Assembly: GCF_001194135.2 (NCBI RefSeq)
Contig: NC_068996.1
Span: forward strand, 30,425,208 to 30,460,288
Reading direction: 5' to 3'
Length of the DNA: 35,081 nucleotides
Origin: Octopus bimaculoides
Lineage: Eukaryota
Positions 23,690 through 35,081 of the stretch are shown here, in pieces. Below the pieces are notes generated by a model. It did not search any database, was not told where the DNA came from, and saw nothing but the letters and a program-made list of their open reading frames with translations. A program made the translations under genes and the position numbers. Every line of letters begins with the position of its first letter. The first letter of the stretch is position 1.

Positions 23690-24460
23690 GGCTGCCACCA
23701 TCAATGTTGGCATAATAAAAGGTAGGTTTGGAGAGATTGTAGAGTGGAGGAAAGTAATCGTGTGTTGTGTACAAGAGGGGAAATGCTGGGGAGCCTAACA
23801 GACTCATCATGGGTAAGAAATACAGGGACAAATTATACTTAGTGGGTAACAGCTCTGGAATTGTTAAAGTAAACATATTGTTGGCAGAGAAAAGTATAAA
23901 GTAATTGAGGTTGTCAGGTTATGTGACAGAATAATAAAGCTTAGAGCAGTCATAGACAATTTAGCTACTTCTTTGCTGAACACTTCCTTTGTGGTGATGC
24001 TGTAAACTAATTCTTGCATAGAATAGTCAATGGCATTGACTTCATGATAATGTTGGTGAGGGTGACTTAGATATGAGATAAAGCTGCCACTGGCAAGTCA
24101 TAGACAATAGAACAGCAACAGTGATCTCTGCATGTGCACTACAATCAAAATTGACTGATGAACTAAAAGAATTATGTGTGAGGCTCTCTCTCACTGATTT
24201 CCTCACTAACAGACAAGTGATACTTTAATATCATAGCTGATGATTTTAATGGGTATGCTGGACAACACATTGATGGCTATATTGATATACATGGAAACCA
24301 TGTTTATAGTATACAGAATGAAGAGGGTTCATGATGCTTTAGAGTACTGTGATTCAAATGACCTATTTGCAACACTGACTTGAAAACCTGATGAGGTGGG
24401 TGATGGTTGTCTAATCAGTCAAACTTGCAAACCATATAGGCATTGTACCTATCCAGAAAC
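23690..24460 (+). mobile_element. RTE APE-endonuclease relic
   Basis: Decayed GR.GEIVE..RKV.VCCVQE, KVIEVVRLCDRIIKLR, IADDFNGYAG, QNEEG..LEYCDSNDL. Confidence 0.75.
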
Positions 24461-25062
24461 AGATAGATGAATCCCTGGAAATATACTACTTGACATCAAC
24501 TAGTGATTAGTAACATCAGCTTAGCAAGATTTAGATGGATTCAAGAGACAATGTGCAGAAGAAAGTCATGGAAGCTGACAAATCCCTCTGATGGGTTTTG
24601 ATTCAAAGAAATATTAAGTAGTACCTTTCTCAATTAAGCAGAGGACATAAAAATCTGTAACATAAAAGACAACTGAAAAGTTTGTACATGACAATCGACT
24701 GTGAACTACAACTCAGATTTGTAGCTGGAGCAAAATTCCAGTTAAATGAAAAGTAACATGATCGAGTAATGGTTTAACAGATAGAGACATAAAAGCTAAT
24801 TGGAAAGAATGAAATAAAATGAAAAGAGGCTTGATGTTAGGTATATTTTGCTAGGAGAGATATAGGAAGTAAGATATTTACTAATGTTCTGCAACTAGGT
24901 CTAGATGAATTTCTTCTGAAAGCAGCTCCACCTCTGTTTACTATTCACCCATGTAGATATGACCACTTCTACCCTATGCTTTTATCCATTATTCACACTC
25001 TTTCAATCTTACACATCCTTGCTGATATTTCTATTTCCATGCTCTTTTCTATTCACTTTACT

Positions 25063-25232
25063 ACACTCTCTGAGTGGTTGGCGTTAGGAAGGGCATCCAG
25101 CTGTAGAAACTCTGCCAAATTTAGATTGGAGCCTGGTGTTGCCATCCGGTTTCACCAGTCCTCAGTCAAATCGTCCAACCCATGCTAGCATGGAAAGCGG
25201 ACGTTAAATGATGATGATGATGATGATGATGA
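25063..25232 (+). mobile_element. Young RTE 3'-tail / SINE-like element
   Basis: High similarity to 10517-10700; (GAT)n tail. Confidence 0.9.
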
Positions 25233-25409
25233 TTGGTTATGTTCTGGCGCCTCACCCCCACCACATTTACCTCTCTTTGTAGCTCCATTCCAGTCATCCT
25301 CACCCGCACATGCAGACTACAACTTTATTTGCAACAAACCTGTCCCTACTCCTATTAACATTTTGCATAAAGCAGCCATTCTATTTCCTATTCTTTTCTT
25401 CAAAGAAAG

Positions 25410-25636
25410 GAACTCTTTAGTCTTGCAAGTTACAAGACAACCTCACTGTACTGGTGTTACAAAAACATGCACACAGAACACTCTTTAAAATGGTTGGTGT
25501 TAGGAAGGGCTTCCAGCCTTAGAAGCTATGCCAAAACTGAGACATTTGAAGCACAATGTTATCCTCTGATCCACTAAATCTTAAGCAACCATCCAACCCA
25601 TGCCAGCATAAAAAGTGGGTACAAAAATGATGATGA
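25410..25636 (+). mobile_element. Older RTE 3'-tail element
   Basis: TGGTTGGTGTTAGGAAGGGC...CCATCCAACCCATGCCAGCAT...GATGATGA. Confidence 0.7.
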
Positions 25637-25819
25637 GCTGTGGAAACCAGGTATAGAAATGATGCCACAAAATAAAGTTAGCAACAATTTTGGCTTAGAA
25701 TTGTCCAGGTAGATTTTCTATTATGGCTCAACTCTCCCCCTCCCCTCCTGTTTATTATAGTTCTCAAGGCTGTAACTCAGAAGTTTTAAGACTAGCTGTC
25801 TGTGATGAACTTCAGTATA

Positions 25820-26039
25820 CAGTAATTACTTGCCATATCATGGTTCACCTATTGTGCCCTCAGTACATCATGGATTTTTCTAATATATGCAAATTTATAT
25901 CGCGGACTCTCTAGTATATCGCAGGTTTCTGTGGCCGATACACATTTATAGTATTTTAGATTATAATTATTTCTGTGGTAAAAATAAGCATTTTCATACC
26001 TATAAATTAATAAATAAAAATACAGTCGAGGGATTACTG
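25820..26039. mobile_element. pogo/Tigger-like MITE (220 bp)
   Basis: TA|CAGTAAT ... ATTACTG|TA termini with TA duplication; internal TATCGCGG-like motifs. Confidence 0.6.
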
Positions 26040-26049
26040 TATTGATAAT

Positions 26050-26850
26050 CTAGGTCTCTTTGTTCAGTTTGATAAAAGTGTTTGAGAATAAACTGTAATC
26101 TGGAAGCACTTATTCCTCTTATACACAGACTTTTTTCAACTCATGTCTACACTAGTTTTTATCAACTAGGATCAGAACTACTTGAAGTAATCTCACTGAA
26201 GACAAATGTTAGCAGGAAAGAAGACAAACTACAATCTGGGAAGTAGCCATGCTCAGCATACAGAAAAGAAGTTAGAGGAAGTTGCAGGCTCAACTAAGAA
26301 GGACTTTGTATGTAGTTGATGGTTATGAGTCATTAGTAGTAAAAGTATACATAAAATTATTTTTTTAAATACTTAGGAAACTCCTTAGAAGTAGTTGATA
26401 TCTTCTGTTATCCAAGTAACCAAATTAACAGTGGAGGACAGTATTCTGAAAGTATAGTAAAAACAGAGTGGAAAAAATATTCAGTGAACTTTTACCTGTG
26501 CCAGTAGCAAAGGAGTTCTCTCTCTAAGTGAAGGGCAGATTGTATGGTGGTTGGGTACAAGTGCATGATAGTGAAACATGGACAGTGATTGTGAGGATTG
26601 GAAAGAAATTAATAAAGCATGCTTTGTAATGGTGGGGGAAAGCAGAACACATGAGCTGAAAAGTATTTGTATATAAGAGAAGATTAAACTGGCATGGACA
26701 TGTAATGCATATAAAGTTTGACTGGCGGGTAAAGAAGTGCCATATTATGCAAGGAATTTGTTGAAGAGAAAAGCATGGGCAGAAGTGTTGAAGCCTGACC
26801 TTATGAACATGATGTCAAATGACTGCAATTGCTGAGATGCAGTACTAGAT
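26050..26850 (+). mobile_element. RTE LINE relic (late RT to C-terminus)
   Basis: SGK*PCSAYRK, LEVVDIFCY, GGQYSESIV, VKGRLY, HDSETW, NWHGHVMH. Confidence 0.75.
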
Positions 26851-26999
26851 TTGTCGAACTCTGCTTGCATAGCAGAGCAAAAGATTATGATAATATGTGT
26901 GTGTATACATCATCTTCATCATCATTACTTTTAACACGCACTTTTCCATGTTTGGACAGGTTCAAGACGTCTTCTCCAATTCAGCATCCTGCCACTTGT

Positions 27000-27185
27000 T
27001 TTCTTTTGTGACCTGTGTAAGGTTCAGCTTTCATTACTTCTACTCATGTCTTCCTCAATTTCCTTTTCCTTAGTTTTCTTCAACATGGATCTCCTGATAT
27101 TTCTTTACCGAATTGTCATCATCTATACACATTACAGGTCCATACAAATGACTTACAGATGTGATGACATGGACTTTAATTGTCC
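27000..27185 (-). mobile_element. RTE C-terminal relic
   Basis: HLYGPVMCIDDDNSVKKYQEIHVE resembles WYGHVMRMD...VKKC..L.VEG. Confidence 0.5.
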
Positions 27186-27524
27186 CAGAGGACACCATTT
27201 TAACAAGTTTCAATTTAACTAATATATTTACTAATATACTATATCTTGCCCTTATAGTAGACCTGCACTTAGCTTTGGAAGAAGACATCTATAGTTCTGA
27301 TGGGAAAACATATAGACACATAAAGGAAGTAGTCAGGACACAATAATTGCATCCTTCTATGCTACCTTTATAATGATATTCCTATAGAAAAAAATTACAC
27401 CACAAAATGAGATTATACCAAAAACTTTACAAATATGTCACAGAGAAGTGGGAATACTCTGTGACTGCTTTATTTTTTGAAATACAAACATTTCATCTTC
27501 TCTCAACTATTAGATTCACAATGA

Positions 27525-28030
27525 AAAGTGTAGTGGGTGCCTTTTATGTGTTACTGGCACTAACCATGACTACAATTTCACTTGGCTTGACATGTCGTCT
27601 TAAGCACAGCAAATTGCCAAAGGTCTTGTTTAGTTGACTTGTCATTACCTTCACGAGACCCAATGAAAAAAGATCATGCTTCACCACCTCGTATCATGTC
27701 TTCTTGGGTTATTCTCTTCCACAAGTTCCCTCCACAGTTAGAGATCAGCACTTCTTTACATGTACACACACACACACACACATATATATATCATCATCAT
27801 TTAATGTTCATTTTGCATGCTGGTATGGGTTGGCCAGAGCTGGTAAGGCCAGGGGCCATACGAGACTCCATTGTCTGTTTTGGCTTGGTTTCTACAGCTG
27901 GATGCCCTTCCTAACATCAACAATTCTCTAGATTGTACTGGTTGCTTTTTATGTGGCACCAGCACCAGTGCTTTTAACAAAGCACTAGCATAAGTTCTTA
28001 TTGTGTAGCACCAGTATCAATTCTGATTTG
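27525..28030 (-). mobile_element. Two adjacent RTE 3'-end fragments (27525-27760 and 27790-28030) separated by (CA)n
   Basis: Similar to 5930-6110 and to the tail consensus. Confidence 0.75.
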
Positions 28031-28049
28031 TTGGATGGATCTTCTTCCA

Positions 28050-28173
28050 TCAAAATTTCTCAGTAATTTATGTTCCAGATATCATTAATAAGGTTATACT
28101 AAATTCTTCACTGATTTCAAAATTAACTAAATGAAAGGCTGTGTATTTCAATAAAAATGTGGTAGCAAAAGGG
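28050..28173. mobile_element. Orphan piggyBac-type MITE end
   Basis: ...GGTAGCAAAAGGG|TTAA terminus (TTAA at 28174-28177); no partner end found. Confidence 0.45.
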
Positions 28174-28849
28174 TTAAGTTGTGTCCTATCCTTATCCACT
28201 TGTACTTCAGGATCTGGTCTTCCACTTGCACCTGCACCCCCATCCCCAAACTTCTGCCACAGCTCTTTATTTCTTATTTCAGGCTGCTAATCTGAAGAAT
28301 TTCCCTGGTGGTTAGAAGAGGTGTCAGCCCTGCAACTTCCTCATGGATTTTGTTGTACCATGTCATATATTTCTCCAAGGGAAGACCTTTCTCCTTGACA
28401 TCGTATTAGCTTTGAACCATCATCAATGTTTCTGTGTGTGTGTGTGTGTATATGTGTGTATGTGTGTGTGTATGTATGTGTGTGTGTGTGTGTGTGTGTA
28501 TATCTCATTCCTCTAGCAGTTGATTTGTTAGACTCTGACGAAGACAGCATTGCAGTAGTTGTTCACTATATTTTCACTAGTCTTATACTAGCTTAAAAGC
28601 TGCCGGATAGGGTGGCTTTTAAGTTATCTCCTGTGGAGGGCTCTTCATTGGACCTTGGGCCCAACAACGACACTTCATGCATTGATTACATGTTAAATTT
28701 TATTAAACTTGACCAATATTTTTCAAGCAATGAACAATTTTCATCAAGTGATATAATTTGTTGACTTGGAACTTATTGCAAACCTGCATGGTAAACAACA
28801 TTTTTTTTGTCTTCCCATTCAGGGGTCAGTACAATTTTTTTTCTGTCCC

Positions 28850-29140
28850 CACCATGCCACCACAATTGTCATACACACCATTCAGACTTCTTGTGTCACC
28901 ACCATCAATACCTTTGACTTTGTTGCCTTCCCCTCCACCACCATCACCACTGTCTTTCACCTCATTTACTATCACCATTGTCCCTGACTGCTTCAGCTAC
29001 CACCACCACTACCACCATCATACCATTGCCTCTGCCTCTATTACAACTACAGCTCATACTATTACTATCACCCCAATGCCATCACAACCATCAGTCTACT
29101 ACTGTCTCAATGCTTACTATTACTCTCACCCCAACATGAG
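28850..29140. repeat. Degenerate (CAC/CAT/TAC)n trinucleotide region
   Basis: Direct reading; produces a His/Thr/Pro low-complexity ORF. Confidence 0.85.
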
Positions 29141-29229
29141 CAGTAGTAGGAATGTCAGTGAATTGTGAGAGAGGGGGTCAAAGTGTGACACACTGACACA
29201 CAGAAATTAGTTATCGTATTTATTATATT

Positions 29230-29231
<2 letters not shown>

Positions 29232-29311
<80 letters not shown>
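29232..29311. repeat. (TA)n microsatellite
   Basis: Direct reading. Confidence 0.98.
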
Positions 29312-29313
<2 letters not shown>

Positions 29314-29724
29314 GGTCTGATAAAAAAATATCCAGACAGTTACCATAGTAATGGAGCTAAAGCACACACACAAAGCCGCTTGGCAAAGATTGAGCTTGAA
29401 CTCTGCTGTGCACATGCACCAAGTTTTAACATTCTAGCTCACTTCTGCTGTTTACAGCAGTGCTTAGAAGGAAGGTGTGTAGTGTGTGATTGTTGCATTG
29501 ACCATAACAGAGAAAGTTGTCATGGTGATACCTGCTCAGAGGCCTACACAAAGTTGCAGAAAGTGTATGAGCTGCACACTAGTGTAAGAGTGTTTCAGAC
29601 ATTTCCATGATGGCCAAAAAGATGTTGATATTGACGAACATTCTAGGTGACCCACAACCAGAAGAACTGAGAAAAGCCTTGCAGATGTGTGTGCAGCTGT
29701 GAAGTGAAATCGTCGAATTACCAT

Positions 29725-29726
<2 letters not shown>
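29312..29726 (+). mobile_element. mariner transposon 5' fragment (TIR plus N-terminal HTH relic)
   Basis: TA-preceded GGGGTCTGATAAAAAAATATCCAGAC TIR-like start; EAYTKLQKVY..FRHFHDGQKDVDIDEHSR*PTT..VK*NRRITI. Confidence 0.75.

Positions 29727-29806
<80 letters not shown>
29726..29806. repeat. (CA)n microsatellite
   Basis: Direct reading. Confidence 0.98.
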
Positions 29807-29811
<5 letters not shown>

Positions 29812-30240
29812 CTCTATAGCCATCACTTCCAAGCAGCTGTGACTTGGTAGGATACATAATGTTTGAACTAACTGCCTTAGGTTTTTGTGTAGTCATGAGC
29901 ATACACTAAGGCCCTTTCTGTGATTCCTTGGCCCAACAGAACACAGAAAATATGGCAGATGGAGGGAAAGAAGCCACTTTTAGCACTCAGCTGGTACTCA
30001 TTTCAGCTGGGTAAACTGGAACAACATCAATACTCTACCCAATGAATGAGGCTCACAACTTTATATTCAAGAGATAACATTCTAACTAACTCATAGTCCA
30101 TGCACCTTTGCATGTGTGTGTGTCTATGTGTGATTTTGTTTGTAAATACGCTTGTGTATGCATATGTTAAGTTGTTTAAGTACAGATGAACTCTGATTGA
30201 GCAAATGTATCATCAAAGATATCTCAGTCATGTCGCTAAG

Positions 30241-30600
30241 CACAGGCATAGCTCTATGGTAAGGAGTTAGCTTCCTAACCACATGGTTCCAGATTCAGTC
30301 CCTCTGCATGGTACCTTGACCAAGTGTTTTGTGCTATAGCCCCAAACCAACTAAAGTCTTGTGAGTGAATTTTGTTGACAGAAACTGAAAGAGGACCATC
30401 ATGTATATGTATGTGTCTAAATATGTGTGTGTATGTGTCTTTTTGTTTATTTGTCCCATTATCATTACTTGACAACTAGTTTGTTTATTTCCCTGTGATT
30501 TAACAAAGTAACCAGCTTAAAAATAAGTACTGGGATTGATTCGTTCACCTAAACCCTTCAAAGTGTTGCAAAGCATAGCCACAGTCCAATGACTGAAACA
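30241..30600 (+). mobile_element. tRNA-derived SINE plus 3' module
   Basis: Same family as 16433-16590; its 3' module resembles 17620-17830. Confidence 0.65.
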
Positions 30601-30801
30601 AATCGTGTTAAAGGTATCAGGTTTACATTATCTGTGTTCTCTCTCTCTCTCTATCTCTCTCTCTCTCTCTTCCCCCCTCTCTCATATAATTTTTTTAGGT
30701 GATAGCATCATATTTGAGGGATATTTAACTTCTAACTGGCCTAACAATCAGTTAAAGGTTCATCCAATTTCTTGGTATATACTTTTGTGTATTTATATAT
30801 A

Positions 30802-32650
30802 TCTTAATATATAAAGCTGAAGTTGTGTGTCTGTGTGAAGCCTTTTTAAAAGTTTATAGAAATCCACATTTTCCACTTTTTCGTAAAAAATTTTACATCA
30901 ATGGAATTTTCTCGATGTTAACTTTCCAGTGCAGTAATTAGATTTTTAAAATTCCGTTTACTTTGTGTGATTTAAGGGAGATTTGGCTGTTGTTACTAGC
31001 AACTTTTATATTTCTTCCCTTCTACCTGGAACAGCGTTCTTACACACGCGCTCAACAGAGAGAGAAAGTGATACAACGTCATAGATTAAACTTTCTTCTC
31101 AGTATTCTTTACCTATTTTTTATAACATTGATACGTAAAAACTCACACAACNNNNNNNNNNNNNNNNNNNNNNNNNNNNNNNNNNNNNNNNNNNNNNNNN
31201 NNNNNNNNNNNNNNNNNNNNNNNNNNNNNNNNNNNNNNNNNNNNNNNNNNNNNNNNNNNNNNNNNNNNNNNNNNNNNNNNNNNNNNNNNNNNNNNNNNNN
31301 NNNNNNNNNNNNNNNNNNNNNNNNNNNNNNNNNNNNNNNNNNNNNNNNNNNNNNNNNNNNNNNNNNNNNNNNNNNNNNNNNNNNNNNNNNNNNNNNNNNN
31401 NNNNNNNNNNNNNNNNNNNNNNNNNNNNNNNNNNNNNNNNNNNNNNNNNNNNNNNNNNNNNNNNNNNNNNNNNNNNNNNNNNNNNNNNNNNNNNNNNNNN
31501 NNNNNNNNNNNNNNNNNNNNNNNNNNNNNNNNNNNNNNNNNNNNNNNNNNNNNNNNNNNNNNNNNNNNNNNNNNNNNNNNNNNNNNNNNNNNNNNNNNNN
31601 NNNNNNNNNNNNNNNNNNNNNNNNNNNNNNNNNNNNNNNNNNNNNNNNNCCCCACTCGGTGGTGTTTCGGAGCAAGTAGTCCATATTTGTTTCATTTTTC
31701 TCTATTATGTGCATAAGTGCATCCATAGATTTCTAATGAAGTAATAGGCAGTGAAGAGAAGCAGTCATAAGAAAACTTTTAACTACCTCTATTCCTTTCT
31801 CTCCCTCTCTCGCTCTCTCAAACGCATACACGTGCAAGTACACAATCATTCAGTAAAATATAACTCATGTTCATCAATGTTTTGTAAATATACCACGATT
31901 TTCACTAGGGTGTTAGGGTTAGGGTTTTAGGGTCAAGGTTAGGGGTTAAGGTTAGGATTAGTGTTACGGTTACGGTTTTAGGGTTAGGGTTTTAGGGTTA
32001 ATGTTAGGGTTAGTGTTAGGTTTAGGATTTAGGGTTGGGTAATCGTGCGGGTGTTAATCTGAAAAATTACAGATATGTGAAAAGTACCGACCCTGCCATC
32101 TATTATAACTTTTGTTGTTCTGTTTAATATATACATAGATTATGCTTCCAAAGAAGAGAGTTTGCTGGGGAAAGAAAGCAACCGGTTTTAAATGACAGCA
32201 ATAGACTGCAGCAATTCACCACATTCCAGAAGCTACTTTGAACATAATGCAAAATGGTGCATCAACATCTTCTGCCCAATCTGATAGAATTCTGGCAAAA
32301 CTGTGTAGTAACAGATCACCAGCAATTGCTTGATCACAAATTGCCGTCCTAGCTCCTGCGAAAAGGGATTACCCTGTTATGTATAATCAGGGCAGTGCAA
32401 AAAGTTGTTTTGCACAAGCATTTCTATAGCCAATTAGATGGATGAAATTTACATACGCTTAATAATGTTACGCAAAACAGCCTTCAGACTTTCCCTATTA
32501 ATTTCATCGTTTTTTTGAATTATGAACATATTTACATCATAAGGGTTTTTTCGTTGTAAGACTTTCTTGTTTAGTTGATTTTCACCTAGCAAGACTTATC
32601 ATAGATGGCGTAATAAGTCATACCCAGACAAGGTCGGGTTATACTGCTAG
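30802..32650 (+). mobile_element. Non-autonomous Helitron, monomer 1 (contains gap 31152-31650)
   Basis: A|TC 5' end; 3' hairpin ACCC-A-GAC-aag-GTC-GGGT; CTAG end. Confidence 0.85.
31906..32040 (+). repeat. Degenerate (TTAGGG)n array inside Helitron monomer 1
   Basis: Direct reading. Confidence 0.92.
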
Positions 32651-34336
32651 TCTTAATATATAAAACTGAAGATGTGTGTCTGTGTGAAGCCTTTTTAAAA
32701 GTTTATAGAAATCCACATTTTCCACTTTTTTGTAAGAATTTTTACATTAATGGAATTTTCTCGATGTGAACTTTCCAGTGCAGTTATTAGATTTTAAAAA
32801 TTTCGTTTACTTTGTGTGATTTAAGGGAGATTTGGCTGTTGTTTCTAGCAACTTTTATATTTCTTTCCTTCTATCTGGAACGGTGTTCTTACACACGCGC
32901 TCAACATATATAGAGAGTAAGAGAGAGAGAGAAAGTGATACATACATGCTTTAAGACTATTCTTTCCTTCTATCTACCTTTTCACTCTTACTTCATTCTT
33001 CTTCCTCTCTCCCATTTAAATAGCTCTCTTCTATCCCTCTACCTCTAACTATCCACATGACCTGGTTATCTGGGGCTTATCGCCATTTCTCTGCTTTGAA
33101 CATTGTCTGTCTGCATGTTCAGCGTCCTTGTCTCCTCTTAGTATTTTTACCTATTTTTCATAACATAGAAACGTAAAAACACACACAACCACACATACAT
33201 GATCTGTGACAGCAACATACACGTAAACACATACACACATCAACATTATAGATATAAGATTTAGTTTGTGTGTGTTTCTTATATAAACACGTGCAAGCAT
33301 TGCTATTTTATACTGTCTTCCGTTCTCCCTTCCTCTCTTTCTCTCTCTTCATTGTTCCCATTCTCTATTCCTTTCTCCCCCTCTCTCTCACTTCCTCTCT
33401 CCCTCTTATCTCTCGCGCTCTCTCAAACGCTTACATGCACACGTTCACACAAGCATTCACTACAATATAACCCATGTTCGTCAATGTTTTGTAAATGTAC
33501 AAACTACGGAGCTTATGTAGACAGGACAACACATTGCAAATCAGTGAACTTCATTAGAAATGTGGGTAATTTTTCAGATAAACACCCGCACAATTTTCAC
33601 TAGGGTGTTATGGTCAGGGTTAGGGTTTTAGATTTACAGTTGGGGTTAGGATTGGGGTTAGTGTTATGGATATGGTTTTAAGGTCAGGGTTAGGGTTAGG
33701 GGTTAGGTTTAGGGTTGGGGTTAGGATTAGGGTTAAGTTTAGGATTTTAGGGTTAGGTAATCGTGCGAGTATTAATCTGAAAAATTACAGAAATGTGAAA
33801 ACTACCAACCCTGCCATCTGTTATAACTTTTGTTGTTCTGTTTAATATATACATAGANNNNNNNNNNNNNNNNNNNNNNNNNNNNNNNNNNNNNNNNNNN
33901 NNNNNNNNNNNNNNNNNNNNNNNNNNNNNNNNNNNNNNNNNNGGTGCATCAACATCTACTGCCCAATCTGATAGAATTGTGGCAGAACTGTGTAGCAACA
34001 GATCGCCAGCAATTGCTTGATCACAAATTGCCGTCCTAGCTCCTGCAAAAAGGGAATACCCTGCTATGTATGATCAGGGTAGCGCAAAAAGTTGTTTTGC
34101 ACAAGCATTTCTATAGCCAATTAGATGGATGAAATTTACGTATGCTTAATAATGTTACACAAAACAACCTTCAGACTTTCCCTATTAATTTCATTGTCTT
34201 TTGAATTATGAACATATTTACATCATAAGGGTTTTTTCGTTGTAAGGCTTTCTTTTTTAGTTGATTTTCGCCTAACAAAACTTATCATAGACGGTGTAAT
34301 AAGTCACACCCAGACAACGTCGGGTTATACTGCTAG
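32651..34336 (+). mobile_element. Non-autonomous Helitron, monomer 2 (contains gap 33858-33942)
   Basis: TC start directly after the CTAG of monomer 1; hairpin ACCC-A-GAC-aac-GTC-GGGT; CTAG|T end; collinear with monomer 1. Confidence 0.85.
33600..33759 (+). repeat. Degenerate (TTAGGG)n array inside Helitron monomer 2
   Basis: Direct reading; same flanks as in monomer 1. Confidence 0.92.
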
Positions 34337-34371
34337 TATATATATATATATATATCAAACATAAAAGAAAG

Positions 34372-34699
34372 AAAATGGAATTCACAAGACTCTTTAATCA
34401 GAACCACTACGATGGTTTTGATCCTTTATAAACCAGAACCTTTCAGGTGAGATATACAAATAGTTTTGCTTATTCCTATGACAATATATTTTGGTAATTA
34501 CCAAAATGTATTGTTATAGAAATAAGTGAAACAACAAATAAACAATAAGGTATTTTTTGAAAAGTCATCAGAGGAGACACATCAGTACCAGTGATGTATC
34601 ATAACTGTTTATACAGCATCTCACCTGTAAGGTAATGGTCCAGAATGGATTGAAACAATCGTAGTGGTTATGAATAAAGACTCTAGTGAATTCCATTTT
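34372..34699. repeat. Diverged inverted repeat (82-bp arms) enclosing a palindrome of about 70 bp
   Basis: Arms 34372-34453 and 34618-34699; palindrome 34463-34532 centred on GGTAATTACC. Confidence 0.88.
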
Positions 34700-35081
34700 C
34701 AGTCTCATATTTTTTTAATATAAACTCTACAGACATGAAGGAATTCCTCAGGTAAATCCCAGTGGCATTTAAATTCATACTGTTGTTTACATCAGGTAGC
34801 TAAATATTGTGAATGGGCTTTAAACAGCATACTACAAGATGTATGCCCAAATATATAATTGTTACTTATATATATATACATACATGCACACACAAACAAA
34901 CATATACATGCAACATGTCTATATAGAGTTAGGTGGTAAGACAAATGTCAGTCAGTTGTACCTTGGCTAATAAAAGTTTATGTATACTCTGCTATACAGG
35001 GATCGCTTTCTCTTGTTTGTAACCCCAGGCTATCCATCAATTTATACATATATACGTATATATAATACGTATATATATATA

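Noticed and set aside
28758-29168. 136-aa His/Thr/Pro-rich ORF
   Set aside because: It is a product of a trinucleotide repeat region.
31906-33759. True telomere or chromosome-fusion site
   Set aside because: The arrays are short, degenerate, on the same strand and embedded at equivalent positions in a repeated element.
34565-34571. Canonical CTGATGA on the minus strand (also plus-strand hits at about 2530, 12053, 20137, 23062, 24155 and 24391)
   Set aside because: I found no appropriately placed stem II plus GAAA, so there is no hammerhead fold.

Overview
AT-rich, repeat-saturated animal genomic scaffold with five N-gaps. The repeat families and TTAGGG-like arrays point to a mollusc, probably an octopus (inference from recalled repeat families, not from a search). 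I can support no intact host gene or host exon. The window is a nest of decayed mobile elements: many RTE-clade LINE fragments and (GAT)n-tailed 3' ends, a CR1/Jockey-type LINE relic, an R4/Dong-like RT relic, Penelope-like GIY-YIG relics, tRNA-derived SINEs, two Tc1/mariner relics, a pogo-like MITE and a piggyBac element containing an ORF1-only CCHC retroelement and an RTE tail. It also holds a head-to-tail dimer of a non-autonomous Helitron carrying telomere-like arrays. The most interesting signals are structural: the Helitron dimer with TTAGGG cargo, the ORF1-only retroelement, a PHD-like Cys/His insert in the RTE RT domain, hairpins with a compensatory change in an RTE 3' UTR, and several fold-backs, one with a degenerate hammerhead-like fold. 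None is demonstrably a new biological system. Boundaries of decayed elements are approximate.
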